This document shows positions 52,356 through 64,000 of a DNA stretch of 64,000 nucleotides, one piece after another. Origin of the DNA: Mobula hypostoma (taxonomy: Eukaryota). Position numbers and translations under genes: made by a program. The stretch spans positions 49,602,001 to 49,666,000 of the forward strand of contig NC_086097.1 in the NCBI RefSeq assembly GCF_963921235.1, given 5' to 3'. Under the pieces are notes generated by a model. It saw only the letters and a program-made list of their open reading frames with translations. It was not told the DNA's origin and searched no databases. Positions within the stretch are counted from its first letter, which is position 1. The number at the start of each line of letters is the position of its first letter.

Positions 52356-54841
52356 CCACAAGCTTTAACAAAACATATTCATGGTAAATGTCACCTTAGA
52401 TACAAGATATAGCAAACTAAATAAATGCAGCTTAAATATTCTCTAAATATAATTACTCTAATATGGTTAAACTGGCTAATGACCTCTTTTTGTAGGAATC
52501 ATTTCAGTTAAAGTGTCTGTCACAAAGATTTATTTAACATCTTTTGATTGTCAATACTATGCAGCACAACTCTGCCAGTTACACTGCTTTCTCCTACTTG
52601 CACTTTGGTTTCAAAAGTTCAGTTCCTACATTTGCAAAATAACAAGATATAAGTCATTCATCTTCCAGAATGAACCAATAATGTACCTAGAAATGGTCAA
52701 AAACAAATGAACGACTATGTGTCTGGTCTTTGAGAAAGATACAATTTGTCTGCCACAGTGATCAAAACCAGTTTACATATACAGTACAACCACATTAAGT
52801 AACTATAGATGGTATGTATCTGCTCCACAGGCACCACATAGAACATGGCAACCTGCCAGAAGGATCATCATTGTCAAACATAAAAATATATACCGACCAA
52901 GGTAATATAAAATGCTTATCATCTGAAGCAGTCAGCAGCTCCAACAGAAAACCCACAGAATAAAGCAAAAATATATTTCTTCATTTAACTGTTTCCCTTT
53001 TTAAATTTAAATCTTTCCCCTTAATTCATTTTCTTGCTTGATTTCCATGGTTCTGTATTTAAAAATTATTTCTCTTTACTTATTCTTTTTCTTTCACTTT
53101 ATTTTTTTTATTAAAAACAGTAGTTAACCCCTTGTTTTCTTTCCATCAATGAAAACAGTCTCAATTTCTCACGAACTTGCCCAACTTGCAGAAGGTTAAA
53201 CAGGATGGGGAATGCAGCCTGTGTGTCAGGTCTCATTGGAATCTATTGCATTGAATGCAGGCATAGCTCTGTTGTCTTTATCTCACTCAGTGGCTGCACG
53301 GTCATGCTGTAAAGATGGGGACATCACAGCAACAGTGACTTAGGGAACAAACTGCTGCAAAACACTGAATGATTGTCTTGCAGCATGAAAAGGAGTTAAA
53401 AATATAATCAGCCTTTCAGATCATAGTTCATTGACATTGACTTTTTGTTTTTCCACATGTGTACATTTTAGATATTAACGCGCAGACAACTTTGAGAAAT
53501 GTAAAAGGAACAAATCAACACCACAGCAGAAAGCAATATCAAGTCATCACAACCTAGAATGACACCGGTTAAAAAAAAACTTGCAATGAGGACAGATGAT
53601 AATAGATGCTGGGAGTGACCTTTTCTACAATGCTTGCCCTCTTTTCTTTGTACGACTCCTTCCTGACTTATAAACACAATCCTCTGGACAGCCTGCATGT
53701 ATGAACAAGCATTCAGAAAACCAGTAAGATGATAGGGATGCATTTGCTGCCTGATGTGTGGCTGCAGGCATCTTCTGCTGGGTGGGAATGGAACATGTCC
53801 ATGTGCCTTCTCTCTATCTTGCCACCATATCCCCAGTCTATCATCTCCCACCTCCAGAGTCACAACCACCAGGGAAGGTCAAGCCGAACAGCAACAAACA
53901 GACTAACTCAATGAGGCAGACGCCTGATGATAGCCACTCTTCCCACACCAGCTCTCTCTCCTATCACAGCTGTTTCTGTCTTCCTCTCCCATTAATTTCA
54001 ACTTACAAGTCAGGTTACAAACTATTCTCAGGAACGGAACCCTATCATAGCCTGGGACAGCCTATTTCCTTTTATGGTGTTTATTTATAGATACCTAATC
54101 AATTAATATTTAACTTGCTGCTATCTCCAAGTAAAATATTCCATATTTTAACCAAAATATGGAACAATCTTGTAACTTTTATCTGCATTCGCTTAATAAG
54201 TGTCATTTTCAAAGGATCATTCTTCCAAAGTTTTTCAGCGTTCTGAAATTATTTTGAATGTATTACTCATGGGTTGCTTTAATCTTCATGTGGATTGGAT
54301 TATCAATTTGGAAATGATAGCCCAGAGAAGTGGCTCATAGCCTGCATTTAAGACAGTTACCTGGAGTTGTGCATTATGGAGAAAAGAGCAAGCTATTTTG
54401 AATTTAGTAACAAGACAGATAAATCGTCTGAGTAAAAGATTCACTTCGAACCAAAGATCACAGGATGGTAAAATTTAACACTCATCTTGAGATTGAAAGC
54501 TTGGTCAGAAACAACTGTGTTAAATTTCAGTAAGTTAATTTCAAAGGAACCAGTAGAGAGTTGACTAAATTAGACTAAGTTAATAGATTAGCAGCTAACA
54601 TAATAGACAAGCGAGAGCAGATATTTAGTAACATAAATAATATCTCCCAGCAAAAATATGCACCAATAGGAGAAAAAAATGCTAAAGTGTCTGGGATGAA
54701 CTAATCATATCTAACCCAGAAAGTTAAGGTGCATATTGGTAAAAGTTTGCAATGGACCCAAAAATTGGGATGAATTCAGATTTCAAAAGGATAAAGAAAA
54801 ATCAAGGAAAAAATAACAGAGGGTTAAATAATGAGAAAATT

Positions 54842-57200
54842 TGTTGTGTTGTAAATATATTGTTTATTAAGCATTTTTTGTTTACATAATGCATTACGGG
54901 TTATATGTAAAAGTACATAAATGGCATATGTCATCACCCCACCACATGATACATGTATGCCTCGCTTAAACTTAAAAAAAATAAAGTTGAACTCCCATTC
55001 CTGGCTCACTTTTTTTTCTTTGAATTAGTTTTTTAGATTTTGGATTTACAAGACATAACAGTGGCAACAAGAGAGTTTTAAACAAACCTGAAACAACTAC
55101 GTACCTGTTGAAGCATTATGAGACATTTGAGTTATAAAAAGCATGGCGAGAAAATGTCGAGTTTAACAAAAAAAGAAAGAGAAATGGCTAAATTTTTTAA
55201 AAGCGCAGCACATTTTCTTCACAAAAGGAAAGACAATCGAGCTTAATAATGGAAGAAATCATGAATCCATAAACAGTGAGTAACGGGTGATAAAATAATA
55301 GATGAAAAAAGAGTGGGAATGGCTGGCTACATCGGAAAGATGGATAGGTTCCATTACACAGTGGATAACTGGCTCACGTATACTGAGCGAATTGAACAGT
55401 ATTTTGAAGCAAATTAAACAGCCAATGGGAAGCAAGTGCCAATTTTACTGAGTGCATTGGATTTAAAGGCATAGAGTTTGTTTAGAAGTTTGACTGCTCC
55501 AACTACACCAGCCGAAGTGAGCTTTGCTGATATCATGCAAATAACTCAGGAACATTTAGAACTAAAACCATTGTTGATTGAAGACACTTTAGGTTTCATA
55601 AACAGAATCAAAAAGAAAGGGACTCCATTTCGGCATATGTGGCCGAATTAAAGAGATTGTCTGAGTATTGTCAGTTCAGTAATGAGCTTAATCAAGTCAA
55701 GTCAAGTCAAGTCTATTGTCATTTTGATGATAAGCTGCTGGTACAGTTCACAGTAAAAATGAAACAATGTTCCTCCAGGACCCTGGTGCTACATGAAACA
55801 ACACAAAACTACACTGGACTAAGTGAGACAGCACAAGGCTACACTAGACCACGTAAAACAACATAAAAACTGCACTAGACTACAGACCTACACAGGACTA
55901 CATAAAGTGTACAGAATAGTGCAGGGCAGCACAATAATTAATAAACAAGACAATAGGCACAGTAGAGGGCAAATTACAATATAATAATAAATGATGTAGA
56001 TGTCAGGCTAGACTCTGAGTGTCGAGGAGTATGATGGCTTGGGGGAAGAAACTGTTGCACAGTCTGGTCGTGAGAGCCCGAATGCTTCGGTACCTTTTGC
56101 CAGACGGCAGGAGGGAGAAGAGTTTGCATGAGGGGTGCATGGGGTCCTTCACAACACTATCAGCTTTGCGGGTGCAGCGTGTGGTGTAAATGATTCTAAT
56201 AGTGGGAAGAGAGACCCCGATGATCTTCTCAGCTGACCACTGCAGGGTCTTGCAATCCGAGACGGTGCAATTCCCGAACCAGGCAGTGATGCAGCTGCTC
56301 AGGATGCTCTCGATACATCCTCTGTAGAATGTGGTGAGGTTGGGGGGCAGGAGATGGACTTTTGTCATTTCGCAGAAAGTAGAGACGCTGATTTCTTGGC
56401 TATGGAGCTGGTGTTGATGCACTGAGAGATCACTTAGCTTGTGGAATTTTACAAGAAAGCATTTAAAAATGGCTCCTAACTGAAGCACAACTTACATTTA
56501 AAAGAATAATTGAAATGCAAACAGCAGATAGAAAAGCGTTTGAATTGCAGTCAGGAATAAAAGTGAGTGTAAACAAAATTGCAACATCTACACAGAAACA
56601 AGCTTGGCCGAACAAAATATGATACTGTTGTGACGGAGGCTGACATAAATCAGACCAATGCAAGTTTAAAGGTGCAGAAAATGTCTCAAAGTAGACACCA
56701 TACAAGGAGCATGTCAGGCAGACAAAAATAAATGGACTGCAGAGGGAAGAGAAAAAGATAAAAAGTCAAGTTACAGTTTTGACAAGAGCACTAATCTGCA
56801 TGCTTTTGTTGAAAAATCTGATAAAGATGGGGGTGACACAGGACTGACTAGCCTTGAGATTTACAATGTGAAAACTAACAATAGTCAAGCAATACGGCTT
56901 AAACCAGAAGCAAGTGGCAAATTAATTAAAATGGAATTGGACACCGGCTCAGCTATTTCAGTCATTCCACAAAATGAGTTTGAATGGCATTACAAAGATA
57001 CTGAGCTGAAGCCTGCCAATATCTGACTAAGAACTTACTGTAATCTAGAGAAAAGATAATTCCTGTGAGAATTGCATTTGTAATACTGAAATACAACTTT
57101 GGGCTTGTATGTAAAAATAGGAGAGCCAGCACTGTGGGGATGAGAATGGCTGAGAGTTGATTGGAGATCTGTCTGCTATTTGCATCCCACAACAGAAGGA
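54842..57200 (+). mobile_element. Degenerate Gypsy element 5' part (LTR 54842-55060, PBS, gag, protease)
   Basis: LTR termini tgttgtgt..acataaca; PBS-like tggcaacaag; gag MAGYIGKMDRF..W.TYTERIEQYFEAN at ~55319; protease MELDTGSAISVI at ~56931. Confidence 0.85.
55692..56415 (-). mobile_element. Rex1/Babar-like LINE 3' end inserted in Gypsy gag
   Basis: LTTFYRGCIESILSSCITAWFGNC..LFSLLPSGKRYRSI..NSFFPQAI; (tcaag)n tail. The gag frame ELN|DALRDHL resumes after it. Confidence 0.85.
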
Positions 57201-57552
57201 TTAATAAGAGAATTCTCCAGTGAATTAAATGCACCTTCCCAAGGGGAGGAAATGGCGACTCTGTCCATGAGAGGACAATGGATGTATACCCTGTTGATGT
57301 TCCAAAGTCTTTCAATTTCCTCTTTTAATTCAGCATATTTCTGGTGATTTTCACTTACTGATTTCTGTATGTTATGTATGTTTGGAATGGTTATACCTAT
57401 AAGTAAGTTGTTCTTGCTTGTATATCCTGTAATATTACTGTATATGCAGAGGTTATTATGGATTGTCATATCTGTAATAATGAATCAGTCATAAAATAAT
57501 TTGTAGAGCTCTGACTTAAAAACTAGATCAGGCTTGTACTTATACTAAGGTA

Positions 57553-58322
57553 ACACACATCAAAGTTGCTGGTGAACACAGCAGGCCAGGCAGCATCTTT
57601 AGGAAGAGGTACAGTCGACGTTTCAGGCCGAGACCCTTCGTCAGGACTAACTGAACGAAGAGTTAGTAAGAGATTTGAGAGGGGGAGATCCAAAATGATA
57701 GGAGAAGACAGGAGGGGGAGAGTTGGAGCCAAGAGCTGGACAGGTGATTGGCAAAAGTGATATGAGAGGATCTTGGGGCAGGAGGCCCAGGGAGAAGGAA
57801 AAGGGGGAGGGGGGGAACCCAGAGGATGGGCAAGGGGTATAGTCAGAGGGACAGAGGGAGAAAAAAGAGAGAGAGAGAGAAAGAATGTGTGTATAAAAAT
57901 AAATAACGAATGGGTACGAGGGGGAGGGGGGGCATTAGCGGAAGTTAGAGAAGTTAATGTTCATGCCATCAGGTTGGAGGCTACCCAGACGGAATATAAG
58001 GTGTTGTTCCTCCAACCTGAGTGTGGCTTCATCTTTACAGTAGGGGAGGCCGTGGATAGACATGTCAGAATGGGAATGGGACGTGGAATTAAAATGTGTG
58101 GCCACTGGGAGATCCTGCTTTCTCTGGCGGACAGAGCGTAGGTGTTCAGCAAAGCGGTCTCCCAGTCTGCGTCGGGTCTCGCCAATATATAGAAGGCCAC
58201 ATCGGGAGCAGTGGAGCCAGTATATCACCCCAGCCGACTCACAGGTGAAGCGTCGCCTCACCTGGAAGGACTGTCTGGGGCCCTGAATGGTGGTAAGGGA
58301 GGAAGTGTAAGGGCATGTGTAG
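57553..58322 (-). mobile_element. Penelope-like element 3' part (GIY-YIG + tail)
   Basis: VIYWLHCSRCGLLYIGETRRRLGDRFAEH; flanked by direct repeat TAAGGTA (57546-57552 and 58323-58329). Confidence 0.92.
57612..57653 (-). ncRNA. Minimal type I hammerhead ribozyme motif
   Basis: Identical to the intact copy at 20992-21033. Confidence 0.75.
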
Positions 58323-60345
58323 TAAGGTATTGTTTCTTTAATGAGTTTGCATTTTAAAGCAAGGTTTTGGTGAATGATATTTGTCACTTGATTGTACCTG
58401 TATAAGTAATCAGATTAAGTTAAACTGGGGCAGGATCCTGTAACGTGTTGGATTGTTTCTGCTTTCTCTTTGTATTTCTTGCGTTTATCATCTTGAATTT
58501 GCTGTTTAATAATAATAATTTGCACAGTCCTTTATACATCGATTGTTTTTCTGCTGGGTGTAATCTTTCATTGATTCTATTATATTTCTTGGATTAACTG
58601 AGTATGCCTGCATGCAAATGAATCTCAGGGTTGTATATGGTGACATATATGTACATATATGATAATGTTGAGGATGACTTTGAACTTTGAAATCATGCTG
58701 AATATATTTATTGGTTGTTTGAGGAAGTATGAAGTAGACTGAACAGAGAACAACCAGATGTTCTATTTTTGGATTTTTAGAAGTGTTCAACACGAAAAAA
58801 AAAGATTACATTGCAAGATAAGAGCTTGTGGTTTAAGATGGTGCTGGTGAACTTCAGTGACTTCTGTTTGGTGGCTAACGAAACAAGGAAAACAACCAAA
58901 TACTTTGCTAATCACACTTTTTCTGGCAAACGATCATCACAAGTAATAGTTTGTAACTTCCTTTTGGACTTAAAGGCAATTCGATGTGGCAGAATTGAGA
59001 TGAGGTAAGGTGGCGAGCCCATCACCAAGAATAAGGAAGACCTGAGATTCAATTGATTTAAGTGAGATCCAGGCACCAGGGCATACCAAATCAACTGAGG
59101 CTGATGTTTGGACAGAGACTTAAGTACAGGGCCGAATTGGAGAGGCCGGTTACAGACCGAATCGAGGCAGCCAGGTCCAGGCACCAGAGTGGATCGGGGC
59201 AGAGATTTAAGTGCAGGCACGAATCGGAAAGGATGGGTAGAGGCCAAATCGAGGCGGTAGGTTCCTGGCCCCAGAGCATATTGAGGCAATTGAACCCGAT
59301 GTTTGGATGTCAATTTAGGAGCCGGGCCAGGTTGAAAAGGTCAGGGTGTTGGGGCCCAAGGCAAGGGACCAGCCAGTGCAGACTGCTTCATGACGTGGCT
59401 CAGCACTGACCTATGGGACTCTCTTTGCGGACTTCAGTTCAGAATGCCATTTGCTTGTGGTTATTGATTGCATGGCATGTTCTCTTTCTCTACATATTAG
59501 GTATTCAACAGTCTTTTTTACAGGTTCTTTTTTATGGGCATGATGTGTATTTTTTTTCTCTCTGCACTCTGGATGTTCAACAGTCTTTTTAATAGGAATT
59601 CTTTAGGGTTTCTTTGTTTTGTGGCTGTCTTGTTAGGAGACAAATTGCAAGGATGTATAATGTATACATACTTTGATAGTAGAAGTACTTTGCTGTTGGA
59701 GAAAATATATAAACATTAATTGAGAATCAGGTAACTGGCAGGAAGTAGTGAGGAGTGAAAGAGGGGGAGGGTTATTCTTGTGTTGCCCATCTCCAACCAG
59801 TGGGGCACCGTTGGAATCGATCCTGGGATTGCAGCCGTCCACAACGTGCATCGGGGATTTAGAGGAAGAAACTGCAGATGAAAGGAAAGTGAAGGGAATG
59901 GGTGATAGGAGGGAGGGTAAGCTGTGAGGAGTGAAAATCGGTTTACGGTGAAATGGTGCTATGGAGGATTATGAAGGAGAATGTGAAGTTGTTCACAGGT
60001 TATTATTAAGATGGAGAAATATTGCAGAAAGTTGCTGCACAAACAGGGCCGAAACATAGAAAGCTAGCTTACATCAGCTGCAGGTAGTTCTGAAGCCTAA
60101 TGGAATGGTGGGCTTTATGTTGCAGGGAACAGAGTATAAAGGTCGTGGACTCTTCCTGCAGTTACACAAGGCAATAATGGGAGCACACTAGAATACTCTG
60201 AATATCTGTTCACAGTTCAGAGAAGCTTTATTACGATTGATTTATTAGGTTTAATAGTCAAAGATTGAACAGGTTGGACGTGCGTGAAAGGCAATCTTAC
60301 TGAAAAATATGAGATTCTTAGCAGGCTTGACAGAGTAAGTGTTGG

Positions 60346-63300
60346 TATTGTGTATGTGGCCTGGTTACACAACAATGCTATTAATAAAAACGCTGGAGAC
60401 GGGAGCTAAGTTTCATGGTTCTTTGCTGGCATAATCCGAACTCAGCACACAGGTACAGATCCATACGTGCCTAATAGCGCATGCTCAATACACGCCTAAT
60501 AGCGCATGCAACGTGTTAATAAAGCATAAAGTAGTCCCTTATTATACTGTAGGCTATACGGCACACTCCTCCCCTTTTATTTTAATAGTGCATCAACTGT
60601 TTTTTTTAACTGGGGCACTATGCTAAACAAATATGTTTACCCTTAACATACAAACACCGGCCATTTGTTTACTTAGCCACTTAATATTATCAAATTATAA
60701 CAAAGTAACGTAATAATATCGAATTATAACAAGCCTTTTTTTTTACTTTTGGTCTACGACCCATTTATAACTCAAGTCTCTAGGGAGGTCTTCTCTGCCT
60801 CTGCGGGTGACATCTGTCCTGAAACGTTTGCTTTGGGGAATGAGTCTCCACAGGTATATCAGTTGGGTTATCAGCACTGATGACAGGCTTACCTGTAGAT
60901 GTGGTCACATCAGGAGTGTTTGTTTCTATATCAGGGGAGTCCGGGCAAGGTGTCGTTGTGTTTTTCACCTGAGCATCCAGGATTTGGTCCACATGACATC
61001 TCCATATGTTCTCTCCCACCTGTACTCTATACATCAGTGGCCCGTCTATGGCAGACTTTGTACCCGGCTGCCACTTTTCAGTCCGGTAATCACGTGCAAG
61101 AACTGACTGTCCCACACTGAAGCTCCGTGTTGACTTGGCATTCAAGTGTTTGAACTGTCTGTTCTCCACATCGTGCCGTACATTTGCTTTGAGAAGATCC
61201 ATGCAGAACCTTAGGTTCCTGGTCAGAAACATCATCGCTGGACTCTGATTAGTGGTTGCATGTACTGCATTAAGATAGGCAAGGAGGAAGTTGTCTATCT
61301 TGTGTTACAGTGGTCGATTTTCGCTGTCCATTGCCTTGATGGCTTTCTTGAATGTCTGCACAAATCTTTCTGCCAAGCCATTTGTGGATGGATGGTAAGG
61401 GGCAGATGCGAAGTGTTTGATTCCATTGTTCTTCACAAAACCTTGGAATTCTTCAGAGACAAATTGTCATCCATTGTCTGTGAAAATTTGTTCTGGTATG
61501 CCATTCCTGGCAAACACGATCCTCAGAACTGTAATGGTCTCTTCCGATGTGGTTGTCTTCATTTTGATGACCTCTGGCCATTTGGAATGTGCATCAACAG
61601 CGATTGAAAAGATAGAGTCCATGAATGGTCCAACAAAGTCGATGTGCACTCATTGCCATGGTGATGAGGGCCGCTCCCATGGATGAAGAGGGGCTTGTGG
61701 TGGTGTGTTCTGGATCTTTTGACATTCAGAGCAGTTCTTGGTCAGGTCCTCAATCTGTTTATTGATTCCTGGCCACCACACATAGGCATAGACAAGACTT
61801 TTCATCTTCACAGTACCTAGGTGCCCCTCATGCAGTTCCTCCATCACTGGAACAATAGGCGTGGACCATTCACTCTAATCCACCTTTGACAGGACCCCAG
61901 TCTGCTCCAGATTTTTCAGCTCTGCCTCTACTGTTGGACGGATTGCATGTGGCACTGGTCTGGCTTTGTGAAATTTTGGACATGCATTTTCCTCAATCTC
62001 AATCCTTGCCTTCATGCCCTGAAGTGTTCCTATTCCTTTCATGAACACTTCCTCAGAGTCAGCAAGTATTTGTGACAGTCTCTCAGATGTAGCCTTCCTG
62101 CCCCCCTTTGCTGACACAACTAGTGCCTTGATGGTGTGCCAGTCCAACTGGATTTTCCTGAGCCATTCACGTCCCAGCAACAGTGGTCCTCCATTTTTCA
62201 GTACATAGAGGTTCAGCTGCTGTGTTTTGTCTCTGTAGGTCACTGTTACTTTAATTTTACCTTTGGGACGCACTTTCTGTCCCATATAAATCTTTAGCAG
62301 TAGTTTAGTTTGTTTCAGAGATATGTGAGAAAACAGTTGTTTGTAGTCATGTACAGAGATCACTGTTAAAGCTGAGCCTGTGTCCAACTCCATTTTCAGT
62401 CTCACGCCTGCCACTTGTGGAGTGATCCATACTACTCTTCGATCATCTGTCTCTTTCACACTGTGAAGTTGCAGACAAGACAATTCACTTTTGTCTGAGT
62501 CATTTTCATCAGAACTGCTTTCTTTCATTTTGTGTACGTTGTTGTATTTTCCTTTCTGGGGTTTCTTATTTCTCTGTATTTTGTCCTTTTTCTGCTGTTT
62601 ACTAGCTTTGCATACTGTACCAATGTGGCCCTGTTTGCCACAGTTTTTGCATTCTTTGTCTTTAAACCAACAGTCCTCAGGGTCATGTAACATGTACCCA
62701 CAATGGTAACATTTCTTTCCTTCATTTCTGTTCAGCATGTTCCCACAATGGTAAAATTTCTTTCCTTCATTTCTGTTCAGTGACATTTTATTTATAGCAT
62801 ATTCCAAAGATTTTTGTTGTATCTCTGAAGCACCCCTTGCTGCTGTTACCAATGATATTGCAATGTTCAGCGCCTTCTTTAATGTAAGGTCTTTTTCACA
62901 CAGGAGCTTCTTCTGTGTGGTTTCACAGTGCATGCCACACATTAACCTGTCCGTCAATATGTCCAGTAGACCATCTCCAAACTGACAAGGTTCTGATGAT
63001 TTGTGCAATTCAGCACAATATTCAGAAATGCTTTCATTTTTGCTCTGATTCCATTTGTGAAATCTAAATCTTTCAGCAATGACCAGTGGTTTGGGGTTTA
63101 AATGCTTTTGGAGAGTGTCTACTATTTGCTTGAACGTTTTGTCAGCTGTCTTTTCAGGGGTTAACAAGCTCCGTAGCAGCCTGTATGTTTTTGCCCTCAA
63201 AATACTGAGTAAGATACTGGCTTTCTTTTCATCATTAACACCGTTAGCATCACAATATAACTCCAATCTTTCCATGTAAGTTGTCCAGTCTTCAATGCCA

Positions 63301-63626
63301 CTATCAAATTCTGTAATGGTTCCAGTCATCGCCATCTTTGTTATGTTAATTTGGCCCCGTTCTCCTCTTGTTTTTGTTTTGACTCACGTGTCCTTTTTGC
63401 TAGCACAATGAGCCACTCCGTCTAGATGCATCTAGATTCTCTCTCTTCTCTTCTGAGTGTCATTATCAACTAAAACACGGTGTTCCGATAAGACGTAGGT
63501 TCAGAATTCTCATCGCCAATTTGTTGTGTATGTGGCCTGGTTACACAACATGCTATTAATAAAAACACTGGAGACAGGAGCTAAGTTTCGTGGTTCTTTA
63601 CTGGTATAATCCAAACTCAGCACACA
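60346..63626 (-). mobile_element. Internally deleted Gypsy LTR retrotransposon (two LTRs, PBS, gag-PR, integrase remnant, PPT)
   Basis: LTR copies at 60346-60563 and 63522-~63626 (truncated); PBS tggcgatgag; PPT at ~60566-60578; integrase motifs LHEGHLG..WWPG, HIDFVGPF..VDAHSKWPE, TDNG. Confidence 0.92.
61875..63335 (-). CDS. Gypsy gag-protease ORF (486 aa)
   Basis: Open ORF: WTTYMERL..YC.AN, ERFRFH..Q..ESISEY, CCHC knuckle CKNCGKQGHIGTVC, protease MELDTGSA. It ends just at the RT start. Confidence 0.85.
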   Translation of the reverse strand: MAMTGTITEFDSGIEDWTTYMERLELYCDANGVNDEKKASILLSILRAKTYRLLRSLLTPEKTADKTFKQIVDTLQKHLNPKPLVIAERFRFHKWNQSKNESISEYCAELHKSSEPCQFGDGLLDILTDRLMCGMHCETTQKKLLCEKDLTLKKALNIAISLVTAARGASEIQQKSLEYAINKMSLNRNEGKKFYHCGNMLNRNEGKKCYHCGYMLHDPEDCWFKDKECKNCGKQGHIGTVCKASKQQKKDKIQRNKKPQKGKYNNVHKMKESSSDENDSDKSELSCLQLHSVKETDDRRVVWITPQVAGVRLKMELDTGSALTVISVHDYKQLFSHISLKQTKLLLKIYMGQKVRPKGKIKVTVTYRDKTQQLNLYVLKNGGPLLLGREWLRKIQLDWHTIKALVVSAKGGRKATSERLSQILADSEEVFMKGIGTLQGMKARIEIEENACPKFHKARPVPHAIRPTVEAELKNLEQTGVLSKVD

Positions 63627-63699
63627 ATACAATACAGAACCAATATATACACTACTAATAATAGTATAGCAGAAGTTATACTGTGTATTAGTGTATTAA

Positions 63700-64000
63700 T
63701 TAGTAAAACTGTGCATTAGCTCCTAATAGTTATCGATGGAGCAACTCATCCGGTGTACGCAATGAACAAGATCAGTGCAGACACCTGGTACAGAAAATGG
63801 ATCGCCTTCATACCGTGCTATTATGACTGCATCCTCCAAATCTTCATTTACATTGTAACATTCATGATGATTGTCGATACCTTCAAATTCTTCATAATTC
63901 CTGGCTGCTTCTGGCATCTCCAAGCCTGAATGCTTGAAACTGCAGTGAACAAAACAATTCAGGATTGTCTCACTGCTTATCTCTTGCCATCTATCAGTGA
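63700..64000 (-). mobile_element. Tigger/pogo-like transposase C-terminal remnant
   Basis: Minus strand reads TDRWQEISSETILNCFVHCSF, resembling the W..(I/V)...TI.NCF...GF motif after the DDE domain. Confidence 0.6.

Larger units (their letters stand above)
57265..58495 (-). mobile_element. R4/Dong-like (RLE-type) non-LTR retrotransposon C-terminal fragment, split by a Penelope insertion
   Basis: ETIQHVTGSC..DYLYRYNQVTNIIHQNLA (CCHC knuckle region), then KLFYD.FIITDMTIHNN..LIGITIPN..KYAELKEEIERLW (restriction-like endonuclease). Confidence 0.75.

Noticed and set aside
53468..53869. 133-aa minus ORF as an upstream AKT PH-domain exon
   Set aside because: No recognisable PH motifs (WRPRYF, FIIRCLQW). 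The first three AKT coding exons were not found in the window.

Overview
Vertebrate genomic DNA, most likely from a cartilaginous fish (ray/shark). This is inferred from the repeat mix: abundant CR1 LINEs, Penelope elements and Rex1-type LINEs. About two thirds of the window is transposon-derived: many CR1 copies (one near full length), Penelope-like elements with hammerhead-ribozyme tails, three Ty3/Gypsy relics, Rex1/Babar fragments, an R4/Dong-type fragment, a tRNA-derived SINE and several DNA-transposon MITEs. No intact host gene is evident, and most ORFs in the supplied track are TE fragments or antisense noise. The main non-repeat signal, missed by the ORF track, is a decayed, intron-containing AKT/PKB kinase pseudogene on the minus strand. 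It has five consecutive exons (~52.35 kb down to ~40.5 kb) in the canonical AKT order and exon layout, with a mix of AKT1-like and AKT3-like residues, and may be a lost fourth vertebrate AKT paralogue. A weaker set of plus-strand exon-like segments (3-32 kb) may belong to a second, unidentified, probably decayed gene. Repeat boundaries are approximate, and all family assignments come from reading the sequence, not from database searches.
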